A DNA stretch of 57,780 bases. Source: a virus. Lineage: Duplodnaviria; Caudoviricetes. Shown one piece after another: positions 27,360 through 37,002 of this stretch. A program made the position numbers and the translations under genes. A model generated the notes under the pieces. The model searched no databases. It saw only the letters and a list, made by a program, of their open reading frames with translations, and was not told the DNA's origin. The stretch lies in IMG/VR virus record IMGVR_UViG_3300032308_000478, positions 1-57,780 of that record; one strand, written 5' to 3'. Position 1 is the first letter of the stretch, and the number at the start of each line of letters is the position of its first letter.

Positions 27360-27610
27360 CCCGATATCTTAAAAGTCGCAAGGACGGGTGGATCTTTGAG
27401 TGGGACGAGATCCTTGCCAAGAACCCGCTGTGCTACGAAGTGACGGAAGAGCAAGCCTACCCAGAACGGTTTATCCCGCAAGCAATTCTGCAGGTTGCTA
27501 CGACCAAACGTAGGGGTAGGAAGGCTATCGATATCTCTGTGCCGGATGAAGAGACGCCTCCGACGTCTCCTGAACTCGCAGCTGATGCGGCACGAGGATG
27601 GCCTAAGTGA
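27356..27610 (+). CDS. Hypothetical protein
   Basis: 84 aa, coupled ORF. Confidence 0.7.
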   Translation: MTRYLKSRKDGWIFEWDEILAKNPLCYEVTEEQAYPERFIPQAILQVATTKRRGRKAIDISVPDEETPPTSPELAADAARGWPK

Positions 27611-28245
27611 CACCAGCGGGAGTCATAGCAGAGGTAAGGAACCTCATATCGGATACACGTGTACCGTATCGCTACAGCGATACGACTCTGCTCGGCTTCG
27701 TAAACCAGACCATCAAACGTATCGTGGCGTACCGGCCAGATGTGTTCTCTTATATAGGCAATTTCACCACTACGGCTGATAGCATTATCCAGACGCTTCC
27801 GGGAGATGCCGTGCGGTTGGTAGAAGTTTTCCAAGTCATCAACGGCAATGCTGTAACCGAGGTTAATCGGGAGACGCTTGACCAGATGTACCCCGCGTGG
27901 GTAGCAGAAACAGCTGCGGCACCGGTCAATTTCATGCGCCACCAGAGAAGCCCGACACGGTTCTTCCTTTACCCCAAACCCGCCGCTGGTACCCAGCTTC
28001 TTGTAGAATACATACAAGCTCCACCCGACTATCTACTTAGCCAGACTATATCCCTACTTCCAACCTCGTTCTTCCCCATACTCGTGGACGGCACAGTATT
28101 CTTGGCAGAGTCAATCGACAACGAGCATGTCGTTGCGGAACGGGCCAAGCTGTTCTACGAAACGTTTATTGCCGGTATTAACGCATCTTTGGCTACCAGA
28201 GTTATACCTGATGTAGAGAGTGCCGCCGTTCAGATGCCGGGATAA
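27607..28245 (+). CDS. Head-tail adaptor protein (DUF6682-like)
   Basis: R.L..D....RYSD..L...N......RPD, FFLYP.P. Confidence 0.75.
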   Translation: MTPAGVIAEVRNLISDTRVPYRYSDTTLLGFVNQTIKRIVAYRPDVFSYIGNFTTTADSIIQTLPGDAVRLVEVFQVINGNAVTEVNRETLDQMYPAWVAETAAAPVNFMRHQRSPTRFFLYPKPAAGTQLLVEYIQAPPDYLLSQTISLLPTSFFPILVDGTVFLAESIDNEHVVAERAKLFYETFIAGINASLATRVIPDVESAAVQMPG

Positions 28246-28248
28246 ATC

Positions 28249-29022
28249 ATGGCTGACCGTCTTTTTTCCACACTTGTCCCCAGACTGAACCCAAGCGTAC
28301 CGGGGTGCCCCCAGCGTACCCTGCAGGATGCTGTCAGGGACTCAGCTATACGCACCTGCGAGCGCACACTAGCGTGGAGATACCTGCACCCAAACTTCAA
28401 CTTGCTACCCGGAGTACATGAGTACGCTTACAACAAGCCGATTAACGCCGATGTGCATGCGGTGTTTGAAGCGGTTATGAATGATGAGCCGCTGGAGCGA
28501 CTGCCGCTCGAAGAAGCTATCGCGAGATACCCTCAGTGGGCGGATCTGTATAGCGGCCAAGACCCTTCAGTTGTGTGGAGTCTAACTACAAGTAATACGT
28601 TTAACAGTAATCAGTACAACACTAGCTTGTTCAATAACAACTCAACGTATGCACTACCAGAGTCCATCGTTGCGGACGGCGGCGAACCACGGCTCATAAC
28701 GCAGATCACGCCGGACAAATACATAGTCCTACCCCTACCAGACGACAACAAGACATACACGATGCGTATGTTCATGGCGCTTAAGCCTAAGCGTTCTGCT
28801 GTTGGTATGGATGAAGTAGCTTTCAACGATCTTGAAGACGCTATTATGCACGGTGCCTTGCAGGACCTTCTTGTTCTCCCAAACGTCCCTTGGACGGATA
28901 GGGACTTGGCATCGTTCCACGCAAAACAGTACATATTTTTTACAACTGAACGCAGGGCGCGGGCTAACCTAGGCAATGCACGCGGATCTTTTCGCGCCAG
29001 AATGCAACCTTTTGGGAATTGA
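28249..29022 (+). CDS. Second adaptor/tail tubular protein
   Basis: VPGCP...CERT..WR; AI.HGAL..L...P..PW. Confidence 0.75.
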   Translation: MADRLFSTLVPRLNPSVPGCPQRTLQDAVRDSAIRTCERTLAWRYLHPNFNLLPGVHEYAYNKPINADVHAVFEAVMNDEPLERLPLEEAIARYPQWADLYSGQDPSVVWSLTTSNTFNSNQYNTSLFNNNSTYALPESIVADGGEPRLITQITPDKYIVLPLPDDNKTYTMRMFMALKPKRSAVGMDEVAFNDLEDAIMHGALQDLLVLPNVPWTDRDLASFHAKQYIFFTTERRARANLGNARGSFRARMQPFGN

Positions 29023-29025
29023 CAT

Positions 29026-29523
29026 ATGACTTTTACGGTAGTCGTATTATGCACTATTGTTGGAGCGGTGTTAAACCGCTTCTCTGGCTTTACGAACATC
29101 GACTGGCTCCCCGGAAGGAACGTGTACTACGCGCTTCTTGCCGTACTCGGTCTTTCTTGGACATTCTTCGGACCGTTCTGGGCGTTCCTGATTACGCTAT
29201 CTGCAGGATTATACAGGGTACCCGGATGGTATAAGTCCTTGGATATGGGAGTTAACGAAGGGAACCTTGTTACTGACGCGACAATCATGTTTGCGCGCGG
29301 GTTGTTCTTCGCCCCGTTATTTGTATACGCCTTCTTTTTTAATGGTGTGCAGTACGCTCTGGCATACCTCGTATTTGCATCTGTAGCCGCCACGCTTGCA
29401 TATATTGCAGGAAATTATCTTCTGCGGAACAAGGTAAAAGACCCTTTCATCTACATCGAAGCACTGGCGGGCGCTGCCTTTGGCGCGGCGGTGGGCGGGG
29501 TCATGATGGCAGTAACTGGATAG
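29026..29523 (+). CDS. Multi-pass membrane protein
   Basis: 165 aa with about five hydrophobic segments; directly upstream of the endolysin. Confidence 0.7.
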   Translation: MTFTVVVLCTIVGAVLNRFSGFTNIDWLPGRNVYYALLAVLGLSWTFFGPFWAFLITLSAGLYRVPGWYKSLDMGVNEGNLVTDATIMFARGLFFAPLFVYAFFFNGVQYALAYLVFASVAATLAYIAGNYLLRNKVKDPFIYIEALAGAAFGAAVGGVMMAVTG

Positions 29524-29530
29524 GTAACAT

Positions 29531-29914
29531 ATGACTTTTATGTTCAGCGCAAAAAGCATACACAAGCTCGCGGGGGTGCATCCCGCTCTTTACTCTGTCA
29601 TGCAGCGCGCCATCACCATGACGCCGGTAGACTTCATGATCACAGAGGGGCTACGCACCAAGGAGAGACAAGAGCAGTTGGTCAAAGCTGGCGCATCCAA
29701 GACCATGAATTCCCGCCACCTGACCGGGCACGCGGTGGACATTGCCCCTATTGTTGCAGGGGAAGTTCGTTGGGACTGGGAGTTGTTCAGGAAGATAGCT
29801 CCTGTTATAAAGGAGGCGGCTACAGGGCTGTCTATCCCTATTGTATGGGGCGGTGACTGGCGGACTTTCAAAGACGGTCCGCATTTTGAACTAGATCGTA
29901 AACGATATCCGTAG
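29531..29914 (+). CDS. Endolysin, peptidase M15 (L-Ala-D-Glu peptidase-like)
   Basis: EGLRT.ERQ, SRHLTGHAVD, WGGDW..FKDGPHFEL. Confidence 0.93.
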   Translation: MTFMFSAKSIHKLAGVHPALYSVMQRAITMTPVDFMITEGLRTKERQEQLVKAGASKTMNSRHLTGHAVDIAPIVAGEVRWDWELFRKIAPVIKEAATGLSIPIVWGGDWRTFKDGPHFELDRKRYP

Positions 29915-29923
29915 GAGGATAAT

Positions 29924-30142
29924 ATGAGCGAAGCTGTTTCCAAGTACGTCAAGCCGAAGTCCCTCACGTGGTGGGCATCGGTTATCCCGCTGGTCGCCGG
30001 TCTTGTTCTTGCCGTCGCTTCTGCGGTCCCCGGTCTCGAAAGCGTTGGCGCTTTCATCAATGGGTTCTTCCCTGAGATGGGTGCCGTGGCCCTGATCAAT
30101 CTTGGACTGGTTGGCATTGGTCTTCGCGGGGCGGTCAAATGA
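29924..30142 (+). CDS. Holin (putative)
   Basis: 72 aa, two TM segments, between endolysin and spanins. Confidence 0.7.
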   Translation: MSEAVSKYVKPKSLTWWASVIPLVAGLVLAVASAVPGLESVGAFINGFFPEMGAVALINLGLVGIGLRGAVK

Positions 30143-30408
30143 CCTTCCCCGCAGATGTCGTAGGTCTTCTTGTTACGGCAGTGCTAGGTCTGCTTGGTGC
30201 TATCTTTGTCTTCAAAAAGGGCAAGGACACCGCCAAGAAAGAAGTAGAACTGAAGGCTGTGGAGGAACATAATGAAGCTGTTCGCGTGGTTAACGAAGTC
30301 AAAGAGGAAGTCGCTGCAGAGATTGGCAGTGCTCCTGATGACCATCTCGTCGCTGTTGCTCGCAACTGGTTGCGCCCATCCACGACCCCCGATTCCAAGC
30401 CCAATTAG
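30139..30408 (+). CDS. Inner-membrane spanin (Rz-like)
   Basis: N-terminal TM followed by a coiled coil. Confidence 0.75.
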   Translation: MTFPADVVGLLVTAVLGLLGAIFVFKKGKDTAKKEVELKAVEEHNEAVRVVNEVKEEVAAEIGSAPDDHLVAVARNWLRPSTTPDSKPN

Positions 30409-30562
30409 TTTCTGCGAAGTATTTGTCCCTGTGTATTTCAATAACGAAGCTGCAATCAATTGGTTAGTAGCTAACGACAATCAGTTCCTGAAGGACGTTT
30501 TGTCGATGAACGAGACCTATGCCAAGCTGTGCGGGGATGACACGAAGGTACCTCGACAATGA
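30272..30562 (+). CDS. Outer-membrane spanin lipoprotein (Rz1-like)
   Basis: Overlaps the i-spanin in another frame; lipobox LATGC followed by a Pro-rich segment; GGAGG RBS. Confidence 0.8.
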   Translation: MKLFAWLTKSKRKSLQRLAVLLMTISSLLLATGCAHPRPPIPSPISFCEVFVPVYFNNEAAINWLVANDNQFLKDVLSMNETYAKLCGDDTKVPRQ

Positions 30563-30684
30563 AAAACAAACCAATGATGTATAAAAAAGGCGGCATGGTA
30601 TTCAAACCGTGCGCCGGATGTCCCAACCCTGCTAAATGCAAGACCATGGGCAGCTGCATGGCGAAATCCAAAAAAGGTAAGTAG
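30559..30684 (+). CDS. 41-aa basic Cys4 peptide (not in ORF track)
   Basis: MKNKPMMYKKGGMVFKPCAGCPNPAKCKTMGSCMAKSKKGK; coupled at both ends. Confidence 0.7.
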   Translation: MKNKPMMYKKGGMVFKPCAGCPNPAKCKTMGSCMAKSKKGK

Positions 30685-33233
30685 TGGCAGATCCTCTGAA
30701 AATAACCGGCTTTTTCGGTACTGTACCGAAGGTGACACCTGAACTGCTCCCCGCTACCGGGGCACAGGTTGCCAACAATTGCAAGTTGTATTCAGGGGAT
30801 CTCATCCCGTACCCAACTCCTGTTGCAGTTGACTCGACAAGACGCGGAGCTAATACTACCAAGACATTATATGCAGTGCGCAACCCGAGTACGGGCGCGC
30901 TACGCTGGCTGTCTTGGACGACAGACGTCGATATTGTTTCGCTTCCTGATGCCAGATTTGACGACCAGCGGTTCTACTACACAGGAGATGGTGCGCCTAA
31001 GGTCAGTAACTACACACTGGCTACGACAGGCGCAGAGCCTTTCCCGGTAGGGTACTACGACCTCGGCCTACCGCTACCAACGACCAAGGTCACGGCGGTC
31101 AAGTCTGCATATGCAGAAAAGACAATCACGACAATCTCACGCGATTCAAGCAATATCGTTACGGTAACTACTTCAGCTAATCACAATCTCCGTACCGGAA
31201 ACATAGTCAATATAACCGGTTATGGCGAACTTACCGGTACTTACAGCCAAGATTTTGCTGGCCTTATTACTATATCGATTACAGCACACGGCCTTTCAAC
31301 AGGTGACATTGTTGACGTAAACATCCTGAGCGGAGGGGCTTCGTCTAACTCATTTTATATCACCGTCATCAACGCAAACTCGTTTAGTGTGTTCTCGGGC
31401 GACACCTCTATTGAAGTCGGCACCTGCTCAATCAGCAGCGTGGATCTCAACGCGACGGGCGTAACCATTACCCGTACCGGCAACACTACGTTTACATACT
31501 TCAGTACAGGTCCGACTGTAACGTCTACGGCTGCAACTGGTCGGGCTACTTTGAGCGGCTCGCAGGAACTGAGGACGTATGTCTATACGTGGATCACACC
31601 GTGGGATGAAGAGTCGATTGGCTCTGACCCGTCAGCAGATGTATATGTCATCGAAGGCGAAGAGGTTGCTGTAACAAACATCCCTACTGCAAAACCTGCA
31701 GGCACCAACTTTGTGCGCGGGGTCAATCTCTATCGCACCATAGCCACGTCTACGGGTGCGGAATACTTCAAACTGACTACGCTCTGGTTTCCTACTCGCG
31801 GGGTTACGGTCTCGCGCGCGAGCAACGTATCGACAGTTACAACTGAGTTCCCGCACAACCTCTATGTTGGGGCCAAGTTCAGGATAACGGGTTCAGTCCC
31901 GGCGACAGCGCCAGTAGGTACGTTCAATATCTCTACAGGTACGGTTACTGCTACTGTTGACGACTATACGTTTAGCTATGCGCAGGCCGGTACAGACTAT
32001 GCGTCACAGGCAGACAGCGGGGCAACCGTGTTTCACGACGTGTCCCAGACACCGGGTACGTCCACGCCCCAGTACTGGGGTGACGGCGGCTACACATTCA
32101 CGGATAACTTTGACTACGCTCTGTTGCTGACACCGCTACTTACTGACGATAATGACGCGCCCCCGGCAGGCCTGCAGGGACTGAAGCTGTTTAACAACGC
32201 CATACTTGTGGGGTTCGTGGGCAAGACACTCTACTTCTCGCAGCCGAGTAAGCCATACGCATGGCCTATCAAATACTCCAGAACTGTTGAGCACAATATC
32301 ATTGGACTGGAACTGTTGAGCGGACGCATGATCGTCCTGACCGATGCGTTCCCGTATATCATCGACGGCACCGACCCGGCGATCCTCGGCATCAACCGCA
32401 TGGATGTGCTGTATCCCTGTCTTAACTCCCGCAGCATCGTCAATATGGGGTATGGAGTTGTCTACTCTACCAATGACGGTCTGGCCGTATTCTCTGGTGG
32501 CGGGTTAACCCTTGCTTCCAAACAAGTGCATTCGCAGGATACATGGTACACGGCGGGAAATCCGGCAACCATACGCGCCGTGTTTTACGGCGATGCTTAC
32601 TTTGCGTCTTATTCTAAAAGCACGTATGGTTTTACCGTTCTTACGTCGGTACCTATTACAGCCAGAAATACATCGGAAATTGTTGCTCGCAACGGGTCAA
32701 CAATTATAGCTAGAAATTTACAAACAAATGAAGATAGAGGTTTTATCTTCCAGATCGATGACAAGAGCAGCTTCCTTGTAAATACAAACTATTCTTTTAC
32801 ATCTGCATGGTATGACGCTACTACCGGCAGGTTATATTACACAGAAGCAGTTAATTCCACGATCTACGAATGGGACAACCTGCTGCAGCCCGCATCCGCT
32901 ATGGAGTGGAAGTCCAAGGTTATCAAGACACCCGACTATACTAACTATGGCGCGGCGCGTGTGATCGCGGACTACAGTAATCTTACATCAGTGTGGGATA
33001 ACACATCGACATTATGGGAGAATACTACCCAGCTATGGAACAACTCTGACCAGATTACATTCAGGATGTGGGTAGACAAGTCCCTCATATTTACAACGAC
33101 GTTAAACGACAACTCCATCTTCCGCCTCCCTACGGGGTACCGTAGCGATACGTTCGAGTTAAGTGTGGCGGGTAACGTGCGGGTCAGGGCAATCCATCTT
33201 GGCCCTACTCCCACTAGTCTCATGAGGGTCTGA
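30684..33233 (+). CDS. Tail nozzle/stabilisation protein (P22 gp10 / T7 gp12-like)
   Basis: 849 aa; P.LL..AQ.A.N, LYFS.P..PYAWP, WKSK motifs. Confidence 0.82.
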   Translation: MADPLKITGFFGTVPKVTPELLPATGAQVANNCKLYSGDLIPYPTPVAVDSTRRGANTTKTLYAVRNPSTGALRWLSWTTDVDIVSLPDARFDDQRFYYTGDGAPKVSNYTLATTGAEPFPVGYYDLGLPLPTTKVTAVKSAYAEKTITTISRDSSNIVTVTTSANHNLRTGNIVNITGYGELTGTYSQDFAGLITISITAHGLSTGDIVDVNILSGGASSNSFYITVINANSFSVFSGDTSIEVGTCSISSVDLNATGVTITRTGNTTFTYFSTGPTVTSTAATGRATLSGSQELRTYVYTWITPWDEESIGSDPSADVYVIEGEEVAVTNIPTAKPAGTNFVRGVNLYRTIATSTGAEYFKLTTLWFPTRGVTVSRASNVSTVTTEFPHNLYVGAKFRITGSVPATAPVGTFNISTGTVTATVDDYTFSYAQAGTDYASQADSGATVFHDVSQTPGTSTPQYWGDGGYTFTDNFDYALLLTPLLTDDNDAPPAGLQGLKLFNNAILVGFVGKTLYFSQPSKPYAWPIKYSRTVEHNIIGLELLSGRMIVLTDAFPYIIDGTDPAILGINRMDVLYPCLNSRSIVNMGYGVVYSTNDGLAVFSGGGLTLASKQVHSQDTWYTAGNPATIRAVFYGDAYFASYSKSTYGFTVLTSVPITARNTSEIVARNGSTIIARNLQTNEDRGFIFQIDDKSSFLVNTNYSFTSAWYDATTGRLYYTEAVNSTIYEWDNLLQPASAMEWKSKVIKTPDYTNYGAARVIADYSNLTSVWDNTSTLWENTTQLWNNSDQITFRMWVDKSLIFTTTLNDNSIFRLPTGYRSDTFELSVAGNVRVRAIHLGPTPTSLMRV

Positions 33234-33580
33234 TGGCACGTTTCTCTGCCATACCTGCACTTCCGCAGGCTAACATCACCCCGACTGAGGTGGCGATACT
33301 TGGTGCTCTCAAGGAGAACGTGGAGCTTTTGATCGGCACTCGCGGCGAACCAGACGGCACCAGCCGTGCGCTTATCAAGGGACAGGTTGTCGTAGGCGTT
33401 GCGCCTGAACAAACCATGACACAGGTGAGTGCGACGGGGTCCGGGTTTACTATCAGCGGCACGCAGGTAGCGGGTCTGGAAGACTTCGGCAGGCTGATAT
33501 CCGATGTACAAAACCTTGCAAATGATGTAGCACGTATGCGTGCTACACTCAACGCACTTATCCAGCAACTTAAGGTCTAG
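33233..33580 (+). CDS. Tail needle/plug-like protein
   Basis: 115 aa with a C-terminal coiled coil; follows the nozzle gene. Confidence 0.6.
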   Translation: MARFSAIPALPQANITPTEVAILGALKENVELLIGTRGEPDGTSRALIKGQVVVGVAPEQTMTQVSATGSGFTISGTQVAGLEDFGRLISDVQNLANDVARMRATLNALIQQLKV

Positions 33581-33589
33581 GGGTATAGA

Positions 33590-35452
33590 GTGAAGGTTCC
33601 CCCCGCATCAGTACCGCCTCGGGTCGGCCTCTCTACGCCTGCTGTACCGTCAACCGGCAGGCGACAAGCAGAAGCGCCGCAACCGCAGAAAGTTACGTTT
33701 GTCGCGCGCGGCATAGACCCTAAAATGCTTGAGCGCGCAAAGAAAATGAAAAAGGATGGCGCTCCCTTTGGTGGTGATGGTAGGACAAGCTATGGTAAAG
33801 ACCGCTTAGCCGAAGAAATCTGGAAAGAAACGGGGTTGTGGGAATACCAGCCTAACGTCTGGGTAAAAGAAATTCCAGACAACACCGCGTCAGTTAACGC
33901 GCCGCTTCCGGGGCCAGAGGTTCTTGGCAACAGGCGGCTTAATCGAATACCGGGACCGGGCGAACCATACACCACTGGAAGAACGCTTGCAAAAGGCCCG
34001 ATGTCGCAAATTATACCGCGAGGGCCTTACGACGAGCTATACCAACTTTATCCTGAACTAAAAAACATACCTGTAGAAGTGTTTGACGACTACATATACG
34101 GCGGCGGTAGTTTGATCGGGGGCTATTTACAACGGGGAACCGGCAACGTCTACCTTGGTAAAGCCCGCAACACTCAGAGTAACTACGATGGCTCGTCAGC
34201 TGCAACTGATACCGATCAACAAATACGCAACGCGCTTGCAGCAACAGGGGTTCACGAAACGCAACATATAGTAAACATACTGGACCGTATTCGGGCTGCA
34301 AAGTCAAATGTTGCTTACGGCGATAGAGGGTCTGAAGTTCTTGCCACCGTAGCAGAGAAAAGACGAAATCTTACGCCGCAACAACGGCGTGAAACACCCC
34401 CTATGTTCAACCCGGACGTGTTTAATTTTGAAGGTTACAGAGAACCAAAACCGCCGAATTTACAAAGTCCTAAGCGGTGGGATAAAGAAGATGTGCAGTC
34501 GGCTCCGCTTTTATATGGCCCGTACGGCGTAACTGAACCAAAGCGTTCAGTTAAAGAACTGGACCCTACTCTTAATCGGCAGTACAAAGAAGGCGGTATG
34601 GTAGGTCCCGGTGGCAAACGTATTGCCCCTAATACAGAGAGTTCTAATATGAGAAACGAATCACTGGACCTCCCGCCAGTACTGCAGAGCCTCATGTCCA
34701 TGCCGGTTGCAGGCGGTCAGGCCGCAATGCAGAGCGGGATGCAGGAACTCAGGCAGCTTGGTATCCTGCCTACGTATCAGGAGGGCGGCATGGTCGGTCC
34801 CGGTGGTATGCCTATCCGCCCGCAGGGAGGGCTCGCACCAGCTGGCCAGCCAGCAGAACCGCTGTCTGCGCAGGCCATGGAACTGGAAATTCAGAAGTTC
34901 GTGCAACAGAACCCACAACAGGTTCAACAGATGCAGCAGGCAATTATGTCGGGCCTCCAGTCTGGTGAGATCACCATGCAGGAGCTTAACATGATGACGC
35001 AGCTGGCCAAGGTGGCAGCGCAGAACCCGCAGATGTATCCGCAGATCCGACAGTTTGCTATCCAGCAGGGCATCGCTACGGAGCAGGACCTCCCGCAAGA
35101 GTACGATCAAGGTCTTGTATTTGCCATCCTTCTTGCCGCGAAGGCAGCGCAGACGCAGTCACAGGGCGGGGCAATGCAGCCCCAGCAGGGAGCGCCTCCG
35201 GTCCCGGCTCCGCAAGGTGGTATGCCCATGGGTGGTATGCCTCAGGCCGCGATGCAGGCTCCGGTCGCCTCGATGCGTATGGGAGGATCCCTCCCCACCA
35301 ACAGCAAGAACAGGGACGGCAGCGTTCCGATTATTGCACATGAAGGGGAATATGTTATCCCATCAGACGTGGTCCGTAGAAAAGGCACGGACTTCTTTGA
35401 CAAGATGATTGGGAAAGATGGGTCGAATGGAACTGGTTCTTCTAACAGCTGA
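33590..35452 (+). CDS. Internal virion/ejection protein with LPD23-like + HExxH module and a Q/M-rich region
   Basis: EEIWKETG..W.KEIPD, ELYQLYPELKNI, HETQH; C-terminal VP..AHEGEYVIP..V...G. Confidence 0.75.
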   Translation: MKVPPASVPPRVGLSTPAVPSTGRRQAEAPQPQKVTFVARGIDPKMLERAKKMKKDGAPFGGDGRTSYGKDRLAEEIWKETGLWEYQPNVWVKEIPDNTASVNAPLPGPEVLGNRRLNRIPGPGEPYTTGRTLAKGPMSQIIPRGPYDELYQLYPELKNIPVEVFDDYIYGGGSLIGGYLQRGTGNVYLGKARNTQSNYDGSSAATDTDQQIRNALAATGVHETQHIVNILDRIRAAKSNVAYGDRGSEVLATVAEKRRNLTPQQRRETPPMFNPDVFNFEGYREPKPPNLQSPKRWDKEDVQSAPLLYGPYGVTEPKRSVKELDPTLNRQYKEGGMVGPGGKRIAPNTESSNMRNESLDLPPVLQSLMSMPVAGGQAAMQSGMQELRQLGILPTYQEGGMVGPGGMPIRPQGGLAPAGQPAEPLSAQAMELEIQKFVQQNPQQVQQMQQAIMSGLQSGEITMQELNMMTQLAKVAAQNPQMYPQIRQFAIQQGIATEQDLPQEYDQGLVFAILLAAKAAQTQSQGGAMQPQQGAPPVPAPQGGMPMGGMPQAAMQAPVASMRMGGSLPTNSKNRDGSVPIIAHEGEYVIPSDVVRRKGTDFFDKMIGKDGSNGTGSSNS

Positions 35453-35852
35453 GCAAACTACGGAGTACTGGCCACAACTCGAACCGCTCTATGAAGAATC
35501 CTGCAAGAGCAACGAGATCGTTGTAGACGAGATTACTGCTACGGATATCTATCTACTAGCGCAAACAGGGATGTGTGGTATATTCGCTGCGCTGGAAAGT
35601 AATCAGGTTATCTGTACAGTTGCGGTTCGGTTCTGCGAATCTACGAACGGGAAGAAGGGAGCGGACGTGGTTGGGATGGGCGGACGTAACCTTATGACAG
35701 TAAAAGCGTATTTCTGGAAACCCATCATCGAATGGCTTCAGGCCAATGGCGCTACGTTTATTGACACGTATGCTAACTCCCGCCTTGCCGCAATCTATCT
35801 CAAAAAGTTTGGGTTCAACAAGTCCTGTTCATACCTCCGGATGGTTTTGTAG
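35427..35852 (+). CDS. GNAT-fold protein (P22 gp14 / T7 gp13 position)
   Basis: GG......W..I.EW....G, KKFGF; located before the ejection genes. Confidence 0.65.
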   Translation: MELVLLTAEQTTEYWPQLEPLYEESCKSNEIVVDEITATDIYLLAQTGMCGIFAALESNQVICTVAVRFCESTNGKKGADVVGMGGRNLMTVKAYFWKPIIEWLQANGATFIDTYANSRLAAIYLKKFGFNKSCSYLRMVL

Positions 35853-35859
35853 GTGATCA

Positions 35860-36990
35860 ATGTCTAAAGGCGTCAAGAAAGTCCTTGGGTTTGTAGTTGC
35901 GATTGCTATTCCGTTTGTGGCGGTGCCTCTTGCCGGGATGCTGGCAGCAAGCACCGGGATCGCCGCATTTGGCGGGTTTCTTGGATCAGCTGCTGTAGGC
36001 GCTGGACTTGGTGCGGCCAACGCTGCACTTACCGGAGGCAACGTAGGACAAGGCGCACTATTCGGAGGGATAGGCGGAGGGCTTGCAGGGGCTGCTGGAG
36101 GAGCGTCAGCGTTTGCAGGTGCGCCAACGGCGGGAACAGCAGGAGCGGCGGGAACAGCAGGAGCGGCGGGAACAGCAGGGACAGCAACCTCCGTACCGAC
36201 GACTTCGTCAGCTGTTGCAGATTCGCTTCAGTATGGTTTTAACGCGGCGGGTAACGTAGCAACCCCAGTAGCAACTACTTTCATGGAAGCACTTGGACAG
36301 GTACCAAGTACGCTTGCAGCGCAGTTCACAGACCCAACTAAACTGGCGGAGCTTACACTCAAGGCCGGTTCTATGCTTGCGTCCGGTATGATGACATCAG
36401 ATCCAATGGCGGGGGTCCCTGAAGAAGAGCGTCAGGCTGTTGAGTTGCTCAAACAAGACCTTTTGAGAAAACAAGCAACAGATCAAAACCTGTTCAACAA
36501 ACAGATAGCACTCGCCGATGATGTTATAAATGAAGCCAAGCAGTTTAATCCTGAGTACTTTGCACAGCAAAAGGCCAAGGAGCAACAGCTTCTAGGCGCT
36601 GCCGTGGAGAAACAAACAACAGAGGATTACAGCAAGGGTCTCGGGCAAACAGGTAGGGAAGCCGCTCTTGCGGCAGACCGGCAAAGACGCCGCCTTGATA
36701 CCGGGCGTAATGCAAGTACTGCGTTCGCGTCAGGACTTGCAACCGGAAGTGATATTAGAAATCAAAAGATTGCTTACGGCGCAGGGCTGATGCCTAGGTC
36801 CGCACCTGAGGGTGCTTACGGAAGTATGCTGGATATCTATAGAGGCTATTCGGATCGTTCAAGAACTGACCAGCTAGGAATCCAACAATCGCTTGGTGAT
36901 ATTACTACCACGCTGTTCCCGCCCAAGGCAAAACCTAAAACTAAACCACGGGTTGGTTTAAACACGCCGTCTTCTATTGGATCCGCGTAA
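35860..36990 (+). CDS. Ejection (DNA transfer) protein, Gly/Ala-rich hydrophobic N-terminus
   Basis: Glycine-zipper membrane segments followed by coiled coil. Confidence 0.75.
   Translation: MSKGVKKVLGFVVAIAIPFVAVPLAGMLAASTGIAAFGGFLGSAAVGAGLGAANAALTGGNVGQGALFGGIGGGLAGAAGGASAFAGAPTAGTAGAAGTAGAAGTAGTATSVPTTSSAVADSLQYGFNAAGNVATPVATTFMEALGQVPSTLAAQFTDPTKLAELTLKAGSMLASGMMTSDPMAGVPEEERQAVELLKQDLLRKQATDQNLFNKQIALADDVINEAKQFNPEYFAQQKAKEQQLLGAAVEKQTTEDYSKGLGQTGREAALAADRQRRRLDTGRNASTAFASGLATGSDIRNQKIAYGAGLMPRSAPEGAYGSMLDIYRGYSDRSRTDQLGIQQSLGDITTTLFPPKAKPKTKPRVGLNTPSSIGSA
36130..36179 (+). repeat. 18-bp tandem repeat (AGTAGA peptide units)
   Basis: GCGGGAACAGCAGGAGCG about 2.8 copies. Confidence 0.85.
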
Positions 36991-37002
36991 GGTAGGTAAA
37001 CC

